Sequence record: MW749006.1
Length of the DNA stretch: 64,000 nucleotides
Strand: one strand, 5' to 3'
A model generated the notes under the pieces. The model saw nothing but the letters and a program-made list of their open reading frames with translations. It was not told the origin of the DNA and did not search any database. Below, piece by piece: positions 9,484 through 18,218 of this stretch (its first letter is position 1; each line of letters opens with the position of its first letter). The position numbers and the translations under genes were made by a program.

Positions 9484-10146
9484 ATGACCGTACAAGCAAA
9501 GTTATACAAGACATATTACGACATCTCTAAGCTAACAATTTGGGGTGATAATGATCCAGATAACCCAGGTAACAAACCACGTTTAGTGTTTAGCTTTCGC
9601 GATGGTATGCCTCGTATCACCGTATACACAGGTGTAACAGGTCCTAATGGTGTAATCTCAGCAGCTAGTGACTACCCTAACTTTATGGTAGTCTGTGATC
9701 TGTTAGAAGAAGTAGCCAATGGTCCAGACGGAATCCAATACTCAGGTGACTCACTATCCCTTAAATGGGAAAACGATAAACCAACTAACCAGAAATACGT
9801 AACTGGTACTCTTTACCTTGGTAAGACTAAAGAAGGTTTAGTCTATATCAGTGTAATGGCTGAAGGTAAACCTAAGATTGTGTTTACTTTAAAGAACTCA
9901 GATTTCCATGCATGGCGTGATAAAGATAAGCAGCCAGTACCAGAGTCTAAGTTATCATGTATTATGGCTCGAGGATTCGCTCGTATGTTCCGTGACATCT
10001 TAAGTCGCAGTGCTGTAGATTACACCAACGAAGAATATGACGGTGGTGGACGTAACTTAAACGTTATCCGTGCTGCTCAAGGTAGCACTTCTAAAGCTTC
10101 ACAAACAGCGATCATTGATTCGTTTGACACCGACGTACCTATGTAA
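9484..10146 (+). CDS. ChmC-like (phiKZ gp67-like) nucleus-associated nucleic-acid-binding protein
   Basis: 220 aa, beta-rich; position directly before gp68-like gene; assignment mainly by synteny. Confidence 0.6.
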   Translation: MTVQAKLYKTYYDISKLTIWGDNDPDNPGNKPRLVFSFRDGMPRITVYTGVTGPNGVISAASDYPNFMVVCDLLEEVANGPDGIQYSGDSLSLKWENDKPTNQKYVTGTLYLGKTKEGLVYISVMAEGKPKIVFTLKNSDFHAWRDKDKQPVPESKLSCIMARGFARMFRDILSRSAVDYTNEEYDGGGRNLNVIRAAQGSTSKASQTAIIDSFDTDVPM

Positions 10147-10155
10147 TAACCAATC

Positions 10156-10186
10156 CACTCCCAGTGACCCAAAGGCACTGGGAGTG
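10156..10186 (+). terminator. Hairpin after ChmC-like gene
   Basis: cactcccagtg/cactgggagtg stem; no clear U tract. Confidence 0.45.
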
Positions 10187-10218
10187 AATCTAAGACAGTA
10201 TCGGGGACTAATATAATA

Positions 10219-10230
10219 ACATATATAGTA
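10219..10230 (+). promoter_or_regulatory. Putative early (virion RNAP) promoter
   Basis: ACATATATAGTA, one of 11 same-strand copies, all upstream of gene starts. Confidence 0.7.
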
Positions 10231-10255
10231 AGTACATCCACACAGGAGTTCTAAA

Positions 10256-11734
10256 ATGCTTAGTTACAACATAGAAATTAGCGAGTACGGTATTCATGTA
10301 CTTCGTGTTCGTCACGGACGAGAGAGTTTAGAGTATGAGTTATCTGATATCTACAAAGAAGATGAAACTATATACTCGTTGTTTAAACATGTAAACGAAT
10401 ACGTACAGTCACTCCCTAAGACAGTACAAGCTCGTATCTTTGAAGTCTTCTCAACCTTAGATAAAGGTGAAAAGTTATTCGCAGATATTCAATACACTTA
10501 TATGCTAGAAGAGAAACTAGCTGAAGTAGTACAGCTCCTCAACTGGCCTAAGTTTAAGATCTGGTTATGTAATAAACAGTCCGAGTTAAAGATACCTGAT
10601 ACTATTGAAGTAGACTATGTTAAAGATCAAGACTTAAACACCACTGCAGATAAAACTTATGTACTAGAAGAGTATCTAGGTTTAATCTCTTACATAACGT
10701 TTGTACGTGCTTTAGCCCCAGTATACTTGGACTACTACAATTACATCAAACAAGTAACACGTCACCACTACTATAAACTCTTTATGTTGTTTGTGCGTAG
10801 TGAACTATACAGTTGTGATGAGATTGAGAAACTACGTAGCTATATAGTAGCTAACCAAGAATCTCTTGCCCCTAAGTATGAAGGTTTGATCTTTGGTGTT
10901 GGTGTGAGTGATGACGACGCTATTGATAGTTTAGTTGGTGAGATTATCTTTCATAAGTTATCAACGATAGACTTCACTACGAAAGAACACAACATCATTT
11001 CTTTTGTATTCACAACCATCCGTTACAAAAGTAATCACGGTAACACAGGACCTAATAGTATCCGTGGTAGTTCTACAGTTATTCGTGGTCAAGAAAACGA
11101 TGCGTCGTACTTTGAAGAATATCGTAAGACTTCTGATATCTCAATTGGTACAGTCATTGAACTACAACACGCTTTAAGTAATACTGAAGCTATCGTTAAC
11201 TCATTAGGGTATACTGACTTTGACTACACTCTTTACAACCGAGAGTTAAAGAACTACTTACCTGAGTTTCTAAACACGAGTCCATCTAAACTACAGATCT
11301 ATCTGTTAGGTTGGTTCTTAGGTGGGTTTATCAACCCTAGAGCTTTGTCTTATATCGAAGCACGTAAAGTTGCTGAGTTATTGTTGTTAGCTAAAGTAGT
11401 GTTGCTACAGAAAGGACATCTGTTTATGGCTATGTTCTTAAGTTCATATCGCACTGATTTTACAACGCACATTAACGTTATTGTTAAGAACGTGTTAGAT
11501 AAGAACTTAGTGGCTGAGCTGAAAGATAGTTATAGTTACATTATGGGTGAAGATAAAGTATCCATAATCGAGAACACTATCACTGAAACAGGTAAAGAAA
11601 TGAGTAACTCAGTTTGGGTTCCTATTGGTCTACCTAAAGGTATGGAGAATCTAATCTCACAAGAAGGCTATTTATTAATTCCGTCTGATATTAACGATCA
11701 GATTTGTAAGTACATCAAACTCGTAAACAACTAA
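10256..11734 (+). CDS. Non-virion RNAP promoter-specificity subunit (phiKZ gp68-like)
   Basis: 492 aa, helical; size and synteny in the core block. Confidence 0.65.
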   Translation: MLSYNIEISEYGIHVLRVRHGRESLEYELSDIYKEDETIYSLFKHVNEYVQSLPKTVQARIFEVFSTLDKGEKLFADIQYTYMLEEKLAEVVQLLNWPKFKIWLCNKQSELKIPDTIEVDYVKDQDLNTTADKTYVLEEYLGLISYITFVRALAPVYLDYYNYIKQVTRHHYYKLFMLFVRSELYSCDEIEKLRSYIVANQESLAPKYEGLIFGVGVSDDDAIDSLVGEIIFHKLSTIDFTTKEHNIISFVFTTIRYKSNHGNTGPNSIRGSSTVIRGQENDASYFEEYRKTSDISIGTVIELQHALSNTEAIVNSLGYTDFDYTLYNRELKNYLPEFLNTSPSKLQIYLLGWFLGGFINPRALSYIEARKVAELLLLAKVVLLQKGHLFMAMFLSSYRTDFTTHINVIVKNVLDKNLVAELKDSYSYIMGEDKVSIIENTITETGKEMSNSVWVPIGLPKGMENLISQEGYLLIPSDINDQICKYIKLVNN

Positions 11735-11754
11735 CACAACCAGAGGAACAACAT

Positions 11755-13218
11755 ATGTTCGGTAGTAAGTTTATTATAGAAGAACTAATCTATATCCCCA
11801 TGGGTACACATAACCCAATGTTCAATCGTCCGTATCAAATTAACGTTACAGATCACGCTATCAGTACGTTACAAGATCGTATGTGTGAAATGAACAGTGC
11901 TATTGTTACCCCTGCAATGTTGACTGACTTATCTGGAGATATGTTACAGTCTAGTTCCGTGGCATATGACACTCGTATTGATACTTCATGGGTATCGCAG
12001 CGTCGATTCATTTTCTTGTTGAAAGTGCGTAGTGTCGAGATGGGTGGAGTGGAGATTCTCTCTTATATCCAAGGTTACACTGAGTACGATGGTATCTCAG
12101 ATCAAGGACATATTGATCTTAACCTTAACCATGTAATCAATAACGTTATCGAAACAACTAACCAAATAACCCGTACTCCAATGGGCGTGTCTCAGCGAGA
12201 GAAGTTGTATCGCATCTATAACGTAATGGGTTCAGACGGTGTTGGTGAATACTACACTCAACGTCCAACTGACATCATGCAAACAATCGAAGCTACTGAA
12301 CGATATAACAGCTATCAGATGTCTGAGATGGATCAGTTCCAGTTAGCTGGTAGCACTATCTCTCCTTACAACAATAAGACTGTTGGTAGTTTAACTGATA
12401 ACTCCGTTGGTTCCGAGTTCCTTAGTAAGACTTTATCTTCAGGTATCTTAGCACATAAGAGTCGAGATATTGTAGTTGGTTCATTTGAAGTGAATGATCA
12501 GTCATCCACAGACACTATGTTACCAGAGCCTAGTATCTCCGATAACCGATTCATTAAAGCGTTGTCAGTTGGTAAAGGTCAGATGGTAACAAGTCCATTG
12601 TTTACTTTCTCTCAACTACAACAGTTCGATAACACCATCTACGATCGCTTTAAAGTAATTAACCTAACTAAGGAGTATGTTGATGTTAACATGTTGAACA
12701 CTCCAGAAGTTGGTGAGTACTGGAAAGGTCAAGATCCTGTTACAGTTAAAGCATATTCTCTATTAGAGAGTTCTGTAGCCATGGCTGTTAAATATGGTTT
12801 CAGTAAGCTTTACTTTGTAGCTAGTAACATGATGAATCCTTCAGCAGGAATGACTGTATATATTACATACTTCCAGAGTTTCATGAAGATTGATGATGCT
12901 GGTTTTAACTCTCTGTTAGAGATATTCAAAGAGAAGTTCTCCACAGATATCTTTATGGCAGAAACCTCCGCTGGTCGTATACCTTTACATATGGAATGTT
13001 ACGTAGACTTACTGGGAACTAGTAAAGTTCTTCTAGAGTACGCAGGATATCCATCTACCTGGTATACTGTACCTACAACAGCTAACAGCGCTTTCTCTAG
13101 CGTAGTAACTCCTGATGGTAATGCGTTAAGTACTCTAGCAGATAACTTCGGTGCACTAACACAAGCATTAACCACAAGACCTGATGGTCAACAAAACTTT
13201 GATCCTTACAACTACTAG
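11755..13218 (+). CDS. PicA/Imp1-like nuclear import factor (phiKZ gp69-like)
   Basis: 487 aa; GTHNPMFNRPY and QGYT motifs; synteny after gp68-like gene. Confidence 0.65.
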   Translation: MFGSKFIIEELIYIPMGTHNPMFNRPYQINVTDHAISTLQDRMCEMNSAIVTPAMLTDLSGDMLQSSSVAYDTRIDTSWVSQRRFIFLLKVRSVEMGGVEILSYIQGYTEYDGISDQGHIDLNLNHVINNVIETTNQITRTPMGVSQREKLYRIYNVMGSDGVGEYYTQRPTDIMQTIEATERYNSYQMSEMDQFQLAGSTISPYNNKTVGSLTDNSVGSEFLSKTLSSGILAHKSRDIVVGSFEVNDQSSTDTMLPEPSISDNRFIKALSVGKGQMVTSPLFTFSQLQQFDNTIYDRFKVINLTKEYVDVNMLNTPEVGEYWKGQDPVTVKAYSLLESSVAMAVKYGFSKLYFVASNMMNPSAGMTVYITYFQSFMKIDDAGFNSLLEIFKEKFSTDIFMAETSAGRIPLHMECYVDLLGTSKVLLEYAGYPSTWYTVPTTANSAFSSVVTPDGNALSTLADNFGALTQALTTRPDGQQNFDPYNY

Positions 13219-13227
13219 GAGTAATTC

Positions 13228-14679
13228 ATGTCACAACTAAACCCTACGATGGACAGATTCTACCTGTCTATCTTAGACTACGCTGGGTTAGAATACACAG
13301 AAGCTGTTATTCAACCCAAGTCTAAACAAATGAACCCAATCACTGTAAATGGTAAACCTCTCACCTTACCTTACTTTGATAATCTAAAAGACCCAGGTGA
13401 ACGTACGGTACTTCATCTACTCAACGAAAACTACATCAAACCAGAAACAGCAGTGTTTGATCTATATAAGCGTACACTAACTCTAGAGCTAAACTTAAAG
13501 TTAAGTCACTTAGTAGTTACTCTTATAAACGTAGCTTCAGATCCATCTATCCAAGCTAAAGCTAAGTCAGGTGAACTAGTTGACTTGATTGGTTCGTTAG
13601 GTGATCTAGATGTCAGCGTCATTGAAGGTTTTACTAACCTATTCAAAGCAGCTAAGAAAGAGAAAGATGAAGGTTTCCTGTTTGACTTCCATCTAAAGAA
13701 GAATGGATCTATCGGTGATACTCCATATGCAGCTATCGGTAAGGTTAACTTCCATAGCTACAACGAGATGCAACGTGCGCTAGAAGACCGTTCACTTGAA
13801 TATAAGGTATACGGTACTAAGCTACGTAAGAAAGATCTAGTAGCACTCACAAACCTCTTCGCTGTGATCTTCCCTGAAGTGCAATCAGAAGAAAGTCTAG
13901 TAGAAGGTACTGACAACAAGATATTCCGTTACTTGAATATCTTACTCAAGACTTCTTACTTAGTAGCTAGTCGCATCAATGATCTAGCTAAACTGCTGGA
14001 AGAATTAAAAGAACCTAGTCTGAACGTTGAATCTCTAGTGAGTGATCTTAGTTGGTCAGGTGAATTGGAAGAACTGTACGGTATGGCTGATGCTATCCGA
14101 CTGATTCCTAGTCAAACAGACGTACGTGGCGAAGCTTCTAATAAGTTACGTGTTAATGAGTCTAAAGCAACAGTAGCACCACAGACTCAACAACAAGCAC
14201 CTCAGCCACAACAACCACCTACATTCCAACCACCACCACAACAAGCTCCTCAATCAGTAGCACAACAACAAGCTCCTCAATCAACTACACCACCTTCTGC
14301 TGAAGATATCATTCGTGGATTAGCCACACAACAACAGATGAATCCTTGGCAGCAACAACAGATGATGAGTCAACAACCTATGATGCCTCCACAGCAACAA
14401 GTCCACTTACCTATGTGGGCGCAACAAGAACTAATGAAACAACAACCACAGATGCAACAACAGATGCAACCTCAACAATGGCAACAACCGCATCAGTATC
14501 CACAACAACAACAGTGGCAACAACCTCAGATGCAACCACAGATGCAACCTCAACAATGGCAACAACCACATCAGTACCCTCCACAGATGCAACTACAGAT
14601 GCCTGTAGTTGCTCCATGGGAAACCCAACCACAACAATCAGGATTACAAGTTAATCCAATGTTCATGCAACGTTACTAA
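13228..14679 (+). CDS. phiKZ gp70-like core protein with Q/P-rich low-complexity C-terminus
   Basis: LTLP...FHLLNE motif; about 160-aa Gln/Pro/Met-rich tail; synteny. Confidence 0.65.
   Translation: MSQLNPTMDRFYLSILDYAGLEYTEAVIQPKSKQMNPITVNGKPLTLPYFDNLKDPGERTVLHLLNENYIKPETAVFDLYKRTLTLELNLKLSHLVVTLINVASDPSIQAKAKSGELVDLIGSLGDLDVSVIEGFTNLFKAAKKEKDEGFLFDFHLKKNGSIGDTPYAAIGKVNFHSYNEMQRALEDRSLEYKVYGTKLRKKDLVALTNLFAVIFPEVQSEESLVEGTDNKIFRYLNILLKTSYLVASRINDLAKLLEELKEPSLNVESLVSDLSWSGELEELYGMADAIRLIPSQTDVRGEASNKLRVNESKATVAPQTQQQAPQPQQPPTFQPPPQQAPQSVAQQQAPQSTTPPSAEDIIRGLATQQQMNPWQQQQMMSQQPMMPPQQQVHLPMWAQQELMKQQPQMQQQMQPQQWQQPHQYPQQQQWQQPQMQPQMQPQQWQQPHQYPPQMQLQMPVVAPWETQPQQSGLQVNPMFMQRY
14461..14579 (+). 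repeat. Coding tandem repeat (QMQPQQWQQPHQYP x2, 78-bp period)
   Basis: 41-bp near-identical units at 14461 and 14539. Confidence 0.85.
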
Positions 14680-14694
14680 CCAGTAACAAAGAGT

Positions 14695-14736
14695 AGAGTC
14701 CCCTAGGCATATAGCCTAGGGAACTCTTTTTTCTTT
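14695..14736. terminator. Bidirectional terminator
   Basis: ccctaggc-atata-gcctaggg plus T tract. Confidence 0.8.
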
Positions 14737-14738
14737 AG

Positions 14739-15035
14739 TTAAGATGCTGGTATCTTAGGTTTGATCGCTATTCTAAAATCATATTTCTCCCCATTATACT
14801 GATGAGGATGAGTATAACCATTTAGATACATAGTGTAAACATACAAGTCTGGTGCTATACCCATCATCTTAAACAACGAGAACAAATCTCCCTGATGTTT
14901 ATAACACTCGTCCGGAGACACTACCTGAGTTTCAAACTTATACGTATTGTTAATGAAGTCTAGATAGAGTAAATTGTTATTTAACACAACCTCATCTTTG
15001 AAACTATAATCACTATTCTGAAGGTTCTTAAGCAT
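14739..15035 (-). CDS. Small conserved jumbo-phage protein (possibly baseplate-associated)
   Basis: YQGDLFSLF..MG......TMYLNG...P..Y-type pattern; function inferred. Confidence 0.55.
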   Translation of the reverse strand: MLKNLQNSDYSFKDEVVLNNNLLYLDFINNTYKFETQVVSPDECYKHQGDLFSLFKMMGIAPDLYVYTMYLNGYTHPHQYNGEKYDFRIAIKPKIPAS

Positions 15036-15091
15036 TTTGTAACCCCTTATCTAATCAACAGATTAGAGTAGTCACTGAACAACCTATAGGT

Positions 15092-15103
15092 ACATATATA
15101 GTA
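15092..15103 (+). promoter_or_regulatory. Putative early promoter
   Basis: CTGAA-N12-ACATATATAGTA. Confidence 0.75.
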
Positions 15104-15158
15104 AGTATGACAGTGTAGTATTAACACTATTATTACTTAGCTATAGGAAACTAAAACA

Positions 15159-15989
15159 ATGGAAGAAGAAGTACAGAAACCATTACCAACTAAAAGTCAA
15201 TTAGAAAGTAGACCTATTGTTCCTGTAAACCTTAGAGACTTTAAATCTAAGATAGGAGCTTACACAATAAAACATTACCCTAGTGGTAAAGTTTATCACG
15301 GTTCTACTAACAATATATATAGTAGGTATCAAAGACACGGTTCCCATCTTAGAACACAAACTCATAACAATAAAGCTTTCATGGACTTAATGAATGAAAA
15401 CCCTTTAGCTTACATTGAATTCTTCCCCACAGATACTCGCGAAGAAGCTTACGATGTGGAACAGAAACTAATAGATCAAACTGATTCAGAACTATTACTT
15501 AACGCTTCATTAGACTCTAGAAGTACAACTAAAGGTTTGTGGATGCGCGACGAATATAGGGAAAAGTTTAGAGAAGGTATGTTAGGTAATACTCACGGTG
15601 CAGCTAACAAAGGAAGAGTTACTTCTGAAGAAACTAAAGAGTTGATTAGACAGACTAAGTTAGGAACTAAACTTTCAGTTGAAGCTAGACGCAAAATGAG
15701 TAAGGCTAGGATAGGTAATCAAAACGCCAAGGGAGTTAAACATAGCACAGAAGCTAATCTTAGAAAAGCAGAAGCTATGAAAGGTAGAGTCCACAACGCA
15801 GAACATGTAGCTAAAGTTACTCTACATAAAGTTAAGAACCGGGTAAGTATTGATGGAGTTATTTACGATCACATACGTTTAGCAGCCGAAGCTATTGGAG
15901 TAGCGTACAACACAGTTAATAAACGCTGTCAGTCACCAGACTATCCTAATTACAAATTAGTACCAGTAGAGTTAGGTGTGGAAGTGTAA
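15159..15989 (+). mobile_element. Free-standing GIY-YIG homing endonuclease with NUMOD3 repeats
   Basis: GAYTIKHYPSGKVYHGST...R...H core; repeats SEETKELIRQTKLG, SVEARRKMSKARIG, STEANLRKAEAMKG; C-terminal HTH. Confidence 0.85.
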
Positions 15990-16006
15990 GGGAAACTATC
16001 ACAGAC

Positions 16007-16018
16007 ACATATATAGTA
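16007..16018 (+). promoter_or_regulatory. Putative early promoter plus 5' hairpin (16031..16051)
   Basis: GGGAA-N12-ACATATATAGTA; gcgtggtgt-ctt-acatcacgc. Confidence 0.75.
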
Positions 16019-16079
16019 ACTACAACTAACGCGTGGTGTCTTACATCACGCTACTCTTACAAACAGACAGGAGTAACAC

Positions 16080-18167
16080 ATGACTACAAAGAGTAGTAAT
16101 AAGAAAACAGAGATCCATATGGAGTTCCTAGGGACGGCTGCAATCAACCCTTTTGTCGCTAACAACTCGAGTAGTCGTATGGTAATGGATTCTAGCCACT
16201 TTAGACAGACAGTGCCTTTAGTGTATCCAGATGAAATTACTATCAAAACTGGGATGTGTTATGAGCTCGGTAAGTACATTGATGATGTTCGTGTAGAAGA
16301 TGATTCTGTTGTACGTGGTGCTGTGTCTAAGTATCGTGAGATGAATCTAGAACATCCACCTGAGTACGCTTTACTAACTGAAATTGAACGCCACGGTGAA
16401 CCTTTCTTAGACATCATTGAGATGCCTATGTATAAAGCTTCTCATGGTTTCTTTGGTTATCAGTTAGAACCAACGCAAGAGTTCTCTGATATTGGTCACG
16501 CAAGTGTTCTGGCTAAGGATACTATCCTAGCTAAGACTACAAGCTTATCTGACTCTGGAGCTTATAAGTTTGGTGTTAGTGCTAACACAGTGTTCATGTC
16601 ACACCCATCTGTAGCTGAAGATGGTTTTGTGGTATCTCAATCGTTCTTAGATAAGACACAATTCACATCTATCACCACTCGCATCATTGATCTAGATAAG
16701 AAGTGTATGCCTCTTAATCTATACGGTAAGACTGGTGAGTTTAAGTTCATACCTGACATTGGAGAGAAGGTACGTCCAGATGGTTTGTTGTGTGCTACCC
16801 GGGAACGATACGATTGGTTATCTGTGTCTGACTTGAATGACGCTAACATCTCTGAACCAGACTACACTTTTGACTTGTTGACTTATGTTAACGTAGACTC
16901 AACTGTTATTGATATTGAAGTTATTAAGGGAGAACACTTTAAACCTGAGTATCCTGAATCAATGCGAGTTCAGTTGGATAAGTATTATGACATGTTTATT
17001 AACTACTGTAGAAACGTAGTGAACAGTTATGAGAACATCCTTAAAGAGAAACGAGCTATGTATGGTAAGGACGATGCTATTCGTTTGACACCGCGTTTAC
17101 ATCGTTTCTTGACTGAGGCTAAGGTACATTTGTCTTTAGCTGATGGTGGGCGTAATAAACTGTCTTATCGTAGACAACAGATAGATCAGTATCGTGTCAA
17201 GGTAACTACTATGTCAGTGGTTCGTCCTAGTCATGGTTTTAAAATCACTGATATTCACGCTAGTAAGGGTGTTAACTGTCACGTTTTGCCTGATGAGTTT
17301 ATGCCTGTAGATGAGAATGGTGTTCGTGCTGATGTGATTGCAGATAACACAAGTACCATCTCGCGTATGAACTTAGGTCGTGCTTATGAGAGTTACTTGG
17401 GGGCTTGTAGTCGAGATAACAGAACAAGATTGATTAATTACTTTGTACCTAAATATGGTCAGAGTGTGGAAGCGGTGGATGATGCTGACTTAGAGTACTT
17501 TCGTAACTATGTTACGGGTATGTATGAGTTAATCAATCCTGATATGGTTGAGTTCCTTAATGGATTAGACTCAGATGGATTAAGAGCACATTTACACTCA
17601 GTGTTGTTTGAGGACTTGTACTTGTACTTCCCTCCAGATAACGCTATTAACATTGTAGACGTGATTAGACGCTTAGAGGAAACTCCTTATAAACCACATC
17701 TTGGTAAAGTGAGTTACATGGATGACTTAGGTAATTATGTAACTACAGATGAAAACATTCGAATGGGTAAGTTATACTTCTTAGTGTTAGAGAAGATAGC
17801 TAATGACTATTCAGCTGTGAGTAGTTCACGTGTGAATAACTTTGGTTTCCCTATCCGTACTAATAACCGTATAGATAAGTTTAAGTATCCACATAGCTTA
17901 GCACCAACTAAAACGTTGGGTGAGACTGAGGTTCGAATCATTACTAGTTATACTCCACCGGAGACTATAGCTGAGTTAGTGGATCAGAACTTGAGTTTGA
18001 CTACACATAAACAAATCATTAAACAGATACTGGAGAGTGGTACAGCTTTTGATGGTAATCTACATCTAGATAGAACAGCTAATCCGTACGGTAACTCTAA
18101 GTCGTTAGCTGTACTGAAACACATGTTCAACGCTTCTGGATTTGACTTCACCAAGAGTAACGATTAA
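16080..18167 (+). CDS. Non-virion RNA polymerase beta subunit, C-terminal part (phiKZ gp71-73-like), uninterrupted
   Basis: NPF...SSSR..M, EDGFVVS, KITDIHASKGV, TISRMNLG, KTLGETE motifs. Confidence 0.9.
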   Translation: MTTKSSNKKTEIHMEFLGTAAINPFVANNSSSRMVMDSSHFRQTVPLVYPDEITIKTGMCYELGKYIDDVRVEDDSVVRGAVSKYREMNLEHPPEYALLTEIERHGEPFLDIIEMPMYKASHGFFGYQLEPTQEFSDIGHASVLAKDTILAKTTSLSDSGAYKFGVSANTVFMSHPSVAEDGFVVSQSFLDKTQFTSITTRIIDLDKKCMPLNLYGKTGEFKFIPDIGEKVRPDGLLCATRERYDWLSVSDLNDANISEPDYTFDLLTYVNVDSTVIDIEVIKGEHFKPEYPESMRVQLDKYYDMFINYCRNVVNSYENILKEKRAMYGKDDAIRLTPRLHRFLTEAKVHLSLADGGRNKLSYRRQQIDQYRVKVTTMSVVRPSHGFKITDIHASKGVNCHVLPDEFMPVDENGVRADVIADNTSTISRMNLGRAYESYLGACSRDNRTRLINYFVPKYGQSVEAVDDADLEYFRNYVTGMYELINPDMVEFLNGLDSDGLRAHLHSVLFEDLYLYFPPDNAINIVDVIRRLEETPYKPHLGKVSYMDDLGNYVTTDENIRMGKLYFLVLEKIANDYSAVSSSRVNNFGFPIRTNNRIDKFKYPHSLAPTKTLGETEVRIITSYTPPETIAELVDQNLSLTTHKQIIKQILESGTAFDGNLHLDRTANPYGNSKSLAVLKHMFNASGFDFTKSND

Positions 18168-18172
18168 CAACA

Positions 18173-18200
18173 ACCTCCCTTACATAGAGGGAGGTGTTTT
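18173..18200 (+). terminator. Intrinsic terminator-like hairpin
   Basis: acctccct/agggaggt plus gtttt. Confidence 0.55.
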
Positions 18201-18218
18201 AACTGGAGGTAATGTTAA

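Noticed and set aside
14346-14654. Thr/Ala-rich and Val-rich ORFs (14346..14654, 14411..14632)
   Set aside because: Alternative-frame shadows of the CAA/CAG-rich poly-Q region
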